From positions 1-48,572 of the forward strand of contig CAZWNN010000001.1 in assembly GCA_964635935.1 (NCBI GenBank): a DNA stretch of 48,572 bases, given 5' to 3'. How positions within the stretch are numbered: position 1 is the stretch's first letter; each line of letters begins with the position of its first letter. Positions 17,709 through 25,561 of the stretch are shown piece by piece. A program made the position numbers and the translations under genes. Origin of the DNA: Candidatus Woesearchaeota archaeon. GTDB taxonomy: Archaea > Nanobdellota > Nanobdellia > Pacearchaeales > GW2011-AR1. The notes under the pieces were generated by a model, which saw nothing but the letters and a program-made list of their open reading frames with translations, did no database searches and was not told where the DNA came from.

Positions 17709-18668
17709 ATGGAAAAAGGCAATTCAAAGCCCCAAATCAATGATTTAATTTTCAAAGAGCTAATTAAGAGGGGATACTCTCTTGAAGGCAACACACGAAT
17801 TTGGAATCTTGCAGATTCTAAGCTTTGGTACATTACTCCTCCACAAGCCCAAGCATTTTTAGATTTAGAAGAATCAGAAGAATATCAAAAAGAAATAATA
17901 CAAAAAGAAATCGACTTGATTAATGGAAATATAAAAGAAATTTTAGAAAAAGTTGGAAAAGGTCCCATTAATATAATTGACCTCGGATGCGGAGATGGAA
18001 AAAAAGCAGCTCTTTTTGTAAATCATCTTAAGGGAAATATTCAACTAAGATACTGTCCAATTGACATCAGCAGTTATATGGTAGAAAAAGCAATAACAAA
18101 AATAAAAAAATTAGATGCTGGAGAAATTGTAAAATTTCAGTGGAATATTTCTGATTTTGAAAATATAGAGAACATTGCCTATTTACTTAGAAGAGGAGAG
18201 TACAAGGATAATCTAGTCCTACTTTTAGGAAACACCCTCGGGAACTTTGAAATAAACGAGCTTCTTTATAGTATTAGAAGAACAATGGAAGAAGGAGATT
18301 TTCTTTTAGTTGGAAACGGTTTAGATAATAGAAGAATCAAAGAAATATTAAAATCTTATGATACAGCAGAAGTTCATAATTTTCTTAAGCACATGCTTTT
18401 ACAATTAGGCTTTGAAATGAGTGATGTTGAATTTGGAACAAGGTATAAAAATTCAAGAGTAGAAGTTTATTACACCATTCTAAAAGATAAGAGGGTAGAA
18501 TTTCAAGGGAAAAAAATGCAATTTAACAAAGGAGATCAAATAATCGTGGCAGTCTCATATAAATATGACAAAGATGATTTCAAAACATTCTTAAAACTTT
18601 ATTTTAGTGATGTCATGATGTATGTCTCTGATGATGAAAGTTACGCTCTTGCTTTGTGCAAAAAATAA
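17709..18668 (+). CDS. SAM-dependent methyltransferase, EgtD-like (histidine-specific methyltransferase family)
   Basis: IIDLGCGDGKKA, CPIDISSYMVEKA and LLLGNTLGNF match the family pattern. The track start at 17583 overlaps tRNA-Glu, so an internal ATG (17709 or 17667) is preferred. Confidence 0.6.
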   Translation: MEKGNSKPQINDLIFKELIKRGYSLEGNTRIWNLADSKLWYITPPQAQAFLDLEESEEYQKEIIQKEIDLINGNIKEILEKVGKGPINIIDLGCGDGKKAALFVNHLKGNIQLRYCPIDISSYMVEKAITKIKKLDAGEIVKFQWNISDFENIENIAYLLRRGEYKDNLVLLLGNTLGNFEINELLYSIRRTMEEGDFLLVGNGLDNRRIKEILKSYDTAEVHNFLKHMLLQLGFEMSDVEFGTRYKNSRVEVYYTILKDKRVEFQGKKMQFNKGDQIIVAVSYKYDKDDFKTFLKLYFSDVMMYVSDDESYALALCKK

Positions 18669-18707
18669 TCCCAAACCAAAAACCACAACCCAATTCTAAA
18701 AATAACA

Positions 18708-19190
18708 CTAAAACCCAAAACACCCCCTATGCTTCAACATCCCAGAATACTTCCACAATAAAGCCCACTTACTCTTCTCACTATGATACCCCAACTCCCC
18801 ATTATTTCGAGCTCGCCTAATCAGCTCACAAAGATTTCCCCCCTTAAATTCAGAAATATATTTAGAACTAAGTGTAAGAAAAATATCTGGCTCACCTTTT
18901 TGCAAAACCCCCTTTCGCCCAATTAAAAAATCCTCATGCCAAACAGCAGCCCCGCTCACCAGACTAAAAAACCTCAACGAAATAACCCCTTTCCGTGGCA
19001 TATCATTTAACATCTCACTTGAATTTAAAATCTCCACAACATCCCCATGCTCATTATAAGAAAGCGGAACAATCTGAATTTGCTGAGTTGTAGAAACCGC
19101 TCTCCCCGTTAAAGAAACCTGACTAACTCCAACTAAAATAATCCCAACTACAACAAGAAAAACCAACCCCGGCAGCATCTCTTTTTTCAT
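18708..19190 (-). CDS. Hypothetical secreted or membrane-anchored protein
   Basis: 160 aa with an N-terminal hydrophobic signal-like segment. Confidence 0.45.
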   Translation of the reverse strand: MKKEMLPGLVFLVVVGIILVGVSQVSLTGRAVSTTQQIQIVPLSYNEHGDVVEILNSSEMLNDMPRKGVISLRFFSLVSGAAVWHEDFLIGRKGVLQKGEPDIFLTLSSKYISEFKGGNLCELIRRARNNGELGYHSEKSKWALLWKYSGMLKHRGCFGF

Positions 19191-19203
19191 CGTTAATTTG
19201 AAA

Positions 19204-19324
19204 TGAGCCCGACCGGATTTGAACCGGCGACCCCTGCCTTTCTTAGCATCCTATGAAAGATTTGCTCCTAGCGGAACAAGCTCATATAAGAGCAGTGCTC
19301 TAAACCTGGCTGAGCTACGGGCTC
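19204..19324 (-). tRNA. tRNA-Ile(UAU) with a 45-nt intron
   Basis: Reverse complement reads GAGCCCG-UA-GCUC-AGCCAGGUUUA-GAGC-A-CUGCU-CUUAUA, then the intron, then A-GGCAG-GGGUC-GCCGG-UUCAAAU-CCGGU-CGGGCUC-A. Positions 34-36 read UAU. Confidence 0.7.
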
Positions 19325-19390
19325 GTAATCTTCTATGGAATTCTAATATTTAAAAGTATATGTTTTTGTTTGTTTTTTATAAACTAATAT

Positions 19391-19517
19391 CCAACGCCCT
19401 GTAAAACCAATAGAAATCTAGCCCAAGAATAAAATATGACAAGGATAAATTTCCGCAAGGACTATAAAAAATTAATTAATACCCATTAACAAAATTATTC
19501 AGAGAATTACTAAATCC
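19391..19517 (-). repeat. Intergenic hairpin repeat, copy G (core 19391..19460, inverted, more diverged)
   Basis: The reverse complement reads CCTTGCGGAAATTTATCC-loop-GGCTAGATTTCTATTGGTTTTACAGGGC. ATTACTAAA lies at 19507-19515. Confidence 0.65.
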
Positions 19518-19552
19518 ATTAATATTAAAAAACCAACTTTCTTATCAAATTC

Positions 19553-20737
19553 ATGCTAATAGGCCTAGTAGGAAAACCCTCCTGTGGAAAAAGTACATTC
19601 TTCAAAGCAGCAACTCTGGCAAATGTAGAAATCTCCTCTCGTCCATTTACCACAATAAAACCCAACCACGGAATAGGTTATGTACGCATAGACTGCATTG
19701 ACAAAGAATTAAACACCCAGTGCCAGCCACGAACAGGCTACTGCACCAATCACCAGAGATTTGTCCCAGTTGAACTAATGGATGTCGCAGGACTTGTAAA
19801 AGGAGCAAGTGAAGGCAGAGGCCTTGGAAACCAGTTTTTAGATGATTTAAGACAAGCAGACGTGTTTATTCATATTGTAGATGCATCTGGAACAACAGGT
19901 GAAGAAGGCAAAGAAACAACTAATTACGACCCAACCCAAGATATTGAAATGCTTGAAAATGAACTTGACACCTGGTATGTAAATATTCTAAAAAAAGCAT
20001 GGAAAACCTTTGCAAGACAAGCTCAAATGGAAAAGCAAAAATTTGAACAAGCAGTTGCAAAACAATTTTCAGGTTTAAAAGTAAAAGAAGAAGATGTAAA
20101 GTCTATAGTTCTCAAACTAGGGTTTAACCCAGAAAAACCAGCAGAGTGGACAGATGAGCAAATAGAAAAATTTGCAAATTCCCTCCGCCACCTGACAAAA
20201 CCCATGATAATTGCAGCAAATAAAATTGACAAACCAGATGCAAAACAAAACCTTGGAAAAATTAAAAAAGCCTATCCAGAACTTTTAATTATTCCGTGTT
20301 CTGCGGATTCAGAATTAGCACTAAGAGAAGCATCAAAGGCAGAAATGATTGACTACATTCCAGGAGAATCAGACTTCGAAATTAACGAAGACAAAGTAAA
20401 TCAAAAACAAAAACAAGCCTTAGAAACAATAAAGCAAAATGTTTTAAGACCATACAGCTCAACAGGAATTCAGCAAGTCCTCAACACAGCAGTATTCGAC
20501 CTATTAAAATACATTGCAATCTTTCCAGCAGGTGCAAAACTAACAGACAGCAAAGGCAACATCCTCCCAGATTGCTTTCTCCTCCCCCCAAACACCACCG
20601 CCCTCGACTTTGCTTATCACCTTCACACAGATATTGGTGACAGCTTTGTAAAAGCAATTGATATCCGGACAAAAAAACCCGTCGGCAAGGATCACCACCT
20701 AAAACACCGCGACGGCATAGAAATACTGACGAAATAA
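19553..20737 (+). CDS. OBG-family GTPase/ATPase (YchF/DRG-like) with a C-terminal TGS domain
   Basis: P-loop GLVGKPSCGKST, followed by DVAGLV and AANKID motifs. TGS-like C-terminus. Confidence 0.8.
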   Translation: MLIGLVGKPSCGKSTFFKAATLANVEISSRPFTTIKPNHGIGYVRIDCIDKELNTQCQPRTGYCTNHQRFVPVELMDVAGLVKGASEGRGLGNQFLDDLRQADVFIHIVDASGTTGEEGKETTNYDPTQDIEMLENELDTWYVNILKKAWKTFARQAQMEKQKFEQAVAKQFSGLKVKEEDVKSIVLKLGFNPEKPAEWTDEQIEKFANSLRHLTKPMIIAANKIDKPDAKQNLGKIKKAYPELLIIPCSADSELALREASKAEMIDYIPGESDFEINEDKVNQKQKQALETIKQNVLRPYSSTGIQQVLNTAVFDLLKYIAIFPAGAKLTDSKGNILPDCFLLPPNTTALDFAYHLHTDIGDSFVKAIDIRTKKPVGKDHHLKHRDGIEILTK

Positions 20738-20738
20738 A

Positions 20739-20897
20739 GTTTAGTAATTGCTGAAAGATTTTTATATATTGTGAATGATGCTCTACAAAACCAACAGGAA
20801 TCCAACACAATAATAAATAAAACTTGTTGGATTTCCGCAAAGACTATAAAGAATTAAATCCTACAATTAATAATTAAATCATTTAGTTTTTACTAAA
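20739..20897 (-). repeat. Intergenic hairpin repeat, copy H (core 20774..20843, inverted)
   Basis: The reverse complement reads CTTTGCGGAAATCCAACA-loop-TGTTGGATTCCTGTTGGTTTTGTAGAGCATCA. Ends are GTTTAGTAATTGCTGAAAG and TTTTTACTAAA. Confidence 0.8.
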
Positions 20898-20905
20898 TTA
20901 CACAA

Positions 20906-21127
20906 ATGAAAATCTCCATAAAAGCAAAGCCAAATTCAAGAGAGAGTAAGATAGAAAAAATCTCAAAAAAAGAATTCACAGCACATCTAAAAGCCCCTGC
21001 AAAGGACAACAAAGCAAACATCGAACTAATTAAACTCCTAGCAAAACATTTCAAAACATCTTCAAAAAGCATAAAAATAAAAAACCCAACATCTAAGAAT
21101 AAAATAGTGGAGATAAAATGCCAATAA
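20906..21127 (+). CDS. DUF167 (YggU-like) protein
   Basis: KAKPNSRESKI...LKAPAKDNKANIELIKLLAKHFK matches the DUF167 pattern. Confidence 0.6.
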   Translation: MKISIKAKPNSRESKIEKISKKEFTAHLKAPAKDNKANIELIKLLAKHFKTSSKSIKIKNPTSKNKIVEIKCQ

Positions 21128-21513
21128 CCTACCACCCCGCCCCAGAACTAAAAAAACAAGCAGAAGAAATAATCCAGACATTAAACTGGGCCCACATAGA
21201 CATAGAAAACATCTCCTTCATCCGAAGCCATGGAAGTAAGTCCAGAGGAACAATCGCCCGCTGCCACGCACTTGGAAAAGCAATGCAGCTCGGGATGAAC
21301 AGACTAAAATCCTTCTACCTAATAGAAATGATATCAAAAAGATTTGACAAACTCAGCCAAACAGAAAAAACAAAAGTAATTATTCACGAACTAATGCACA
21401 TTCCAAAATCCTTCGGCGGCGGCTTCAAACACCACAATATTGTAACAGATAAAAAAGTCGACACAGTCTTCGAACATTATATTAATTTAAAAGAAAAACA
21501 AAATGGAATTTAA
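21118..21513 (+). CDS. Predicted zinc metallopeptidase (HExxH)
   Basis: VIIHELMHIPKSFGGGFKHH contains HExxH plus downstream His residues. Confidence 0.5.
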   Translation: MPITYHPAPELKKQAEEIIQTLNWAHIDIENISFIRSHGSKSRGTIARCHALGKAMQLGMNRLKSFYLIEMISKRFDKLSQTEKTKVIIHELMHIPKSFGGGFKHHNIVTDKKVDTVFEHYINLKEKQNGI

Positions 21514-21808
21514 ATACAAAATAGGAACAAAAGAAAAAACAATCACAGCCAAACCTCTCACTACAATCCTCCAAAAAACCAGGGGCTTAATGTTCAAATC
21601 CAAATCACCTACGCTTCTCTTCATCTTCAACAAAGAAAAAACCCTCACAATCCACTCTATCTTTTGCAAACCCTTCATCGCAATCTGGCTTGACAAAAAG
21701 AAAAAAGCAACAAAGATTGAAAAAGTTACAAACTGGAGATTTCACATTTCAGGACGGGGAAAGTATCTTTTAGAAATCCCTCTTACCCCCCTTCGACAAC
21801 CACTTTAA
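21503..21808 (+). CDS. DUF192-like protein
   Basis: TRGLMFKSK...LLFIF......FIAIWLD resembles the DUF192 (COG1430) core. Confidence 0.45.
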   Translation: MEFKYKIGTKEKTITAKPLTTILQKTRGLMFKSKSPTLLFIFNKEKTLTIHSIFCKPFIAIWLDKKKKATKIEKVTNWRFHISGRGKYLLEIPLTPLRQPL

Positions 21809-21905
21809 AATAGCAAATCCCCCGTCGACAAACAACGAAACATTTAAATACAAATCTTTTCTTCTAACTATATTACTGAAAGGAGGGTTATAAAAAATAA
21901 TTAAT

Positions 21906-22043
21906 ATGGGAAAAATTATTGTTAAGGGTGTTGTTAAAAGACAGAAGGGTTATCTTTACTATGTAGACGGAAAAGGAAATGTTTGCGAAGCAAAGATGGC
22001 GCGAGGCGGACGAAAAAAGAAAGCAAAGAAAAAGAAAAAATAA
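21906..22043 (+). CDS. Small basic protein (45 aa, not in the ORF track)
   Basis: ATG preceded by AGGAGGG at -12. Sequence MGKIIVKGVVKRQKGYLYYVDGKGNVCEAKMARGGRKKKAKKKKK. Followed by a strong hairpin plus T6. Confidence 0.5.
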   Translation: MGKIIVKGVVKRQKGYLYYVDGKGNVCEAKMARGGRKKKAKKKKK

Positions 22044-22068
22044 ATTCATGATTATTTAATCATATTCA

Positions 22069-22107
22069 ATGAGCTTTCTTCAGAGGGAAGGGGAAAGCTC
22101 ATTTTTT
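22069..22107 (+). terminator. Hairpin plus T-tract terminator
   Basis: ATGAGCTTTC (22069-22078) pairs with GAAAGCTCAT (22093-22102), followed by TTTTTT. Confidence 0.55.
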
Positions 22108-22181
22108 AATTTTATTTTAAAACAATTTTTATTAATTACCCAATAAGAACAATTTATAAATTCAATCTTATTTCTGTTTTC

Positions 22182-23165
22182 ATGTTACTCGCAATAGAAT
22201 CAACAGCCCACACCTTTGGAATAGCAATCCTAGATATGCAAGGAAAAATCCTCTGCAATATAAAAGAAACCTACACAACAGAGCAAGGAGGAATAATTCC
22301 AATTCAAGCTGCAGCCCACCACACAAAAATCGCAGAACAACTTTATCAAAAAGCACTCCAACATTCCAACATTCAAGAAAACCAAATAGGGGTAATAGCC
22401 TTCTCAAACGCCCCAGGACTAGCTCCATGTCTAATTGAAGGAATGAAATTTGCAAAACAAAAATCAAAACAACTTAATCTTCCACTAATCCCAGTCAACC
22501 ATTGCATTGCTCACTTAGAAATCGGAGAAACAACAGGTGCAAAAGACCCTGTCTTGCTCTATGCATCAGGAGCAAACACTCAAATCATTGCATATGAAGC
22601 AGATAAGTACAGAATATTTGGTGAAACTCTTGACCTTGGAGTTGGAAACTTTATTGATACTTTTGCAAGATTAGCCGGAATTGGATTTCCAGGAGGACCT
22701 GAAATAGAAAAACTCGCAGCAAAAGCAAACAAAGACGAGCTAATAGGGCTCCCCTACTCAATAAAAGGCATGGATGTTTCATTTTCAGGAATACAAACAA
22801 AACTTAGAAACATGCTGGAAAAGGAACAACACCCAATTGAACAACTAGCCTTCAGCATGCAAGAAACAGTTTTCGCAATGTTAGTAGAAGCAGCAGAAAG
22901 AGCCCTAGCTCACACAGGAAAAAAAGAACTTCTCCTCGGAGGCGGAGTAGCATGCAACTCCCGTCTACAAGAGATGTTCCAGATAATGTGCAAAGAACGA
23001 GGAGCTAAGTTCTTTTGCCCAGAGAGAAGTCTATTAGTAGATAACGCAGCAATGATTGGTTATCTTGGATTAAAAATGCACAAATCAGGACTTAAATTCA
23101 ACACAGATGAAATTGATATTGCTCCGAGAGAAAGAACTGATGATGTTGAGGTGAGCTGGAAATGA
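22182..23165 (+). CDS. kae1: tRNA N6-adenosine threonylcarbamoyltransferase Kae1
   Basis: LAIESTAHTFGIAI, HCIAHLE and GGGVACNSRLQEM are Kae1/TsaD signatures. Confidence 0.85.
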   Translation: MLLAIESTAHTFGIAILDMQGKILCNIKETYTTEQGGIIPIQAAAHHTKIAEQLYQKALQHSNIQENQIGVIAFSNAPGLAPCLIEGMKFAKQKSKQLNLPLIPVNHCIAHLEIGETTGAKDPVLLYASGANTQIIAYEADKYRIFGETLDLGVGNFIDTFARLAGIGFPGGPEIEKLAAKANKDELIGLPYSIKGMDVSFSGIQTKLRNMLEKEQHPIEQLAFSMQETVFAMLVEAAERALAHTGKKELLLGGGVACNSRLQEMFQIMCKERGAKFFCPERSLLVDNAAMIGYLGLKMHKSGLKFNTDEIDIAPRERTDDVEVSWK

Positions 23166-23220
23166 AATATATATTTTAAATAACAACTATCTTTAAATAG
23201 ACTGATTATAAATTAAAAAC

Positions 23221-23613
23221 ATGTTAACTGAGCTTGAAAGGGAGCTTGAAAGGTTTCGTGAAGGAGAATTAGCACAAGGAGATAAAACAGTAAAACTACT
23301 TAATGTTTCTTATCATCCACCTCCAAGCCTTCCTCTTATACAAAGACCAATACAAATGTTTTCTCACGTAGATGTCGAAGGAACTTTGGAATTAAAAAGA
23401 CAAGGCCCCCGCATCCTCGCAACCCCAACAATAACTAGTGTAGGCCACAGTATGGATGATAAAGAAAAAGTTAGAAGAACTATCGAAGCAGCTTTTGATA
23501 CATCTATTGAGCAGGCAAGACATTATCATCCTGGACAGAGGGTATCTTTGTATTCTCCGGATTGGTCTTTTCATTGCTCACTTGAAGAAGAAAACAACCC
23601 TAAGTCAGATTAG
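23221..23613 (+). CDS. Hypothetical protein
   Basis: 130-aa ORF. No motif recognised. Atypical codon usage. Confidence 0.4.
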   Translation: MLTELERELERFREGELAQGDKTVKLLNVSYHPPPSLPLIQRPIQMFSHVDVEGTLELKRQGPRILATPTITSVGHSMDDKEKVRRTIEAAFDTSIEQARHYHPGQRVSLYSPDWSFHCSLEEENNPKSD

Positions 23614-23808
23614 GCATTACTAAATCTCCTGTGTCCGCTAGGACACTCCGATAATGTTCAACCGAAGGTTGACTAGTTCAACTTGTTGCGGCGGAGCGGC
23701 ACAAAAACATTTATAAAGCAAAATCACACCCCAATAATATCCAATGACTAATTATTAGGAGGACAAAAAGTTTTCTTAATATAGTCAAATTAAATCCAAA
23801 ACAAAAAC

Positions 23809-24102
23809 ATGGCAGAAAATAAAATTTACGACATTGTAGAAACCGCAGCAAAAACAGGCAAGATAGACAAAGGCATCAACGAAGTTACAAAGGCGATAGA
23901 GCGAGGAGTTGCAAAACTCGTCGTAGTTGCAGCAGATGTTGAGCCAAAAGAACTGACACAACACATCGAACCTCTGTGCAAAGAAAAAGAAATAAAGTTC
24001 GAACAAGTAGATTCCAAAGAAAAACTCGGCATCTCAGCAAGAATCAATGTGAAGTGCAGTGCAGTAGCAGTCATCGAGCTGGGTGATGCTAAACTAGATT
24101 AA
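23809..24102 (+). CDS. rpl7ae: Ribosomal protein L7Ae (short form)
   Basis: GINEVTKAIERGVAKLVVVAADVEPKEL...LCKEKEIKF...SKEKLG is the L7Ae/K-turn-binding signature. Confidence 0.8.
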   Translation: MAENKIYDIVETAAKTGKIDKGINEVTKAIERGVAKLVVVAADVEPKELTQHIEPLCKEKEIKFEQVDSKEKLGISARINVKCSAVAVIELGDAKLD

Positions 24103-24115
24103 CTAAATAAATAAA

Positions 24116-24451
24116 ATGGCAACGTCCGACGATTTTCAAAAACTAGATATAAAGGTAGGAAAGATTATAGAAGTAGAAGATTTCCCCGAAGCTAAAAATC
24201 CCTCATACAAACTTAAAATTGATTTTGGTGAAGAAATCGGAATAAAAAAATCTTCAGCACAATTAGTAGATAATTATTCCAAAGAAGATCTAAAAAACCG
24301 ATTCATTCTTGCAGTTGTTAATTTTCCACCAAAACAAATAGGCCCCGTTCTTTCAGAAGTTCTTGTCTTGGGCATACCAAAAGATAATTTAAATGATGTT
24401 ATCTTAATCCAACCAGAAAGAGAAGTTCCTTTAGGGGGGAGATTATACTAA
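24116..24451 (+). CDS. tRNA-binding domain protein (CsaA/Trbp111-like)
   Basis: LDIKVGKIIEVEDFPEAKNPSYKLKIDFGEEIG is an OB-fold tRNA-binding domain. Confidence 0.75.
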   Translation: MATSDDFQKLDIKVGKIIEVEDFPEAKNPSYKLKIDFGEEIGIKKSSAQLVDNYSKEDLKNRFILAVVNFPPKQIGPVLSEVLVLGIPKDNLNDVILIQPEREVPLGGRLY

Positions 24452-24452
24452 C

Positions 24453-24749
24453 ATGGCAAAAACACAAAAAATCAAAGAGCAGAAAACAACAGCAACAACA
24501 AAAGGCTCAGACAAGCTCACAGAAGAAGGAGCAGTTCCAGCAGTTGTTGATTATATTGTGGGCAGAACAGGAACAAGAGGCGAACTAACCCAAGTAAAGT
24601 GCAGAGTTCTACAGGGAAAAAACCAGGGAAAGCAAATGAGGAGAAATGTCCGAGGACCAGTCAGAAAACGAGATGTTTTAATGTTAAGAGAAACAGAAAT
24701 CGAAGCAAGAAAATTAAGAAGTAAAATTTCAAAGGGGGCTTTTAGTTAA
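24453..24749 (+). CDS. rps28e: Ribosomal protein S28e with an N-terminal extension
   Basis: GRTGTRGELTQVKCRVL...RNVRGPVRKRDVLMLRETEIEARKLR matches S28e. Confidence 0.85.
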   Translation: MAKTQKIKEQKTTATTKGSDKLTEEGAVPAVVDYIVGRTGTRGELTQVKCRVLQGKNQGKQMRRNVRGPVRKRDVLMLRETEIEARKLRSKISKGAFS

Positions 24750-24750
24750 G

Positions 24751-24987
24751 ATGGGAAGTAAAGGTACGAGAGTTGTTTATGATCAGAGCACAGGGGGAAG
24801 TAAAGTTTATAGGGGGCAAGGAGGAGCTTACAAATCAGATAATAATGGTCCGCCCGGAGCAGTCTGGGGAACAGATATTGAAAGGAGTAGGAGAGAAGAT
24901 AAAATCCAAAAAACCTGGAGAGGAGAATTATCTCAATTAGTCTATTTAATGGCTTGTTTACTCCATTTAGGAGGAGGAAAAAAATAA
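24751..24987 (+). CDS. Doubtful ORF in a purine-rich spacer between S28e and L24e
   Basis: 78-aa ORF, G-rich, with no recognisable motif. It may instead be non-coding. Confidence 0.2.
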   Translation: MGSKGTRVVYDQSTGGSKVYRGQGGAYKSDNNGPPGAVWGTDIERSRREDKIQKTWRGELSQLVYLMACLLHLGGGKK

Positions 24988-24988
24988 A

Positions 24989-25192
24989 ATGCCACGTTGC
25001 ACATTTTGCAAACAAGATTATGAATTTCCAAAAGGCGTAACAGTAGTTCAAAAAGATGGCACACCTTTTCACTTCTGCTCTAGCAAGTGCAGAAAAAACA
25101 AAGAAATGGGCCGAGATAATCGAAAGGTGAAGTGGGTTAAGAAAGGAAAAAATGTTAAAGAAAAACAAAAAAACAAAAGAGATAGATTTTGA
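24989..25192 (+). CDS. rpl24e: Ribosomal protein L24e
   Basis: MPRCTFCKQDYEFPKGVTVVQKDGTPFHFCSSKCRKN is the L24e zinc-ribbon signature. Confidence 0.85.
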   Translation: MPRCTFCKQDYEFPKGVTVVQKDGTPFHFCSSKCRKNKEMGRDNRKVKWVKKGKNVKEKQKNKRDRF

Positions 25193-25250
25193 TTTATTAA
25201 TTCAGTTCATTCAAAGTCTTAAAGATATAAAAGAAGGAAGAGTAAGAAGA

Positions 25251-25393
25251 GTTAAGTAATTTTATCCACCACTTAATTTTCATTAAGTTATTGCGAAAAT
25301 TTAGCCAAAAGTTTATATGATGGGCTAAATTTTTGTTAGTCCTGCAGAGCATAATTCATTAGAATATAAAGAGCCTTTCAGCAATTACTAAAA
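25251..25393 (+). repeat. Intergenic hairpin repeat, copy E (core 25288..25356)
   Basis: TTATTGCGAAAATTTAGCC-loop-GGCTAAATTTTTGTTAGTCCTGCAGAGCATAA. Ends are GTTAAGTAAT and CTTTCAGCAATTACTAAAA. Confidence 0.8.
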
Positions 25394-25561
25394 ACCCTTA
25401 AAACCATTAAAATTAACTCACCTTGAGAGTCTGTCGTCGACAAAACCCCCAAAACCTTTATAAACCAACTTAGCTTTTTCTATCTATATACCAAGGGAAA
25501 ATATTCTCTTAGCTCAATAAAATACATCAAAAACCCAACAAGATTAAGTGGGAACTAACAA

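Noticed and set aside
24845-24870. GGTCCGCCCGGAGCAG resembling the SRP RNA helix 8 motif (GGUCCGGAAGGAAGCAG)
   Set aside because: There is no GNAR tetraloop, no complementary 3' strand and no Alu-domain-like 5' end. The spacer is also shorter than an archaeal 7S RNA.
24746-25168. 140-aa minus-strand ORF
   Set aside because: It is antisense to the well-supported L24e gene and to the S28e-L24e spacer. It is a hydrophobic, low-complexity translation typical of a shadow ORF.
25152-25259. 35-aa ORF (MLKKNKKTKEIDFDLLIQFIQSLKDIKEGRVRRVK) overlapping the 3' end of L24e
   Set aside because: It is too short, overlaps a conserved gene out of frame, and runs into repeat copy E. No independent support.
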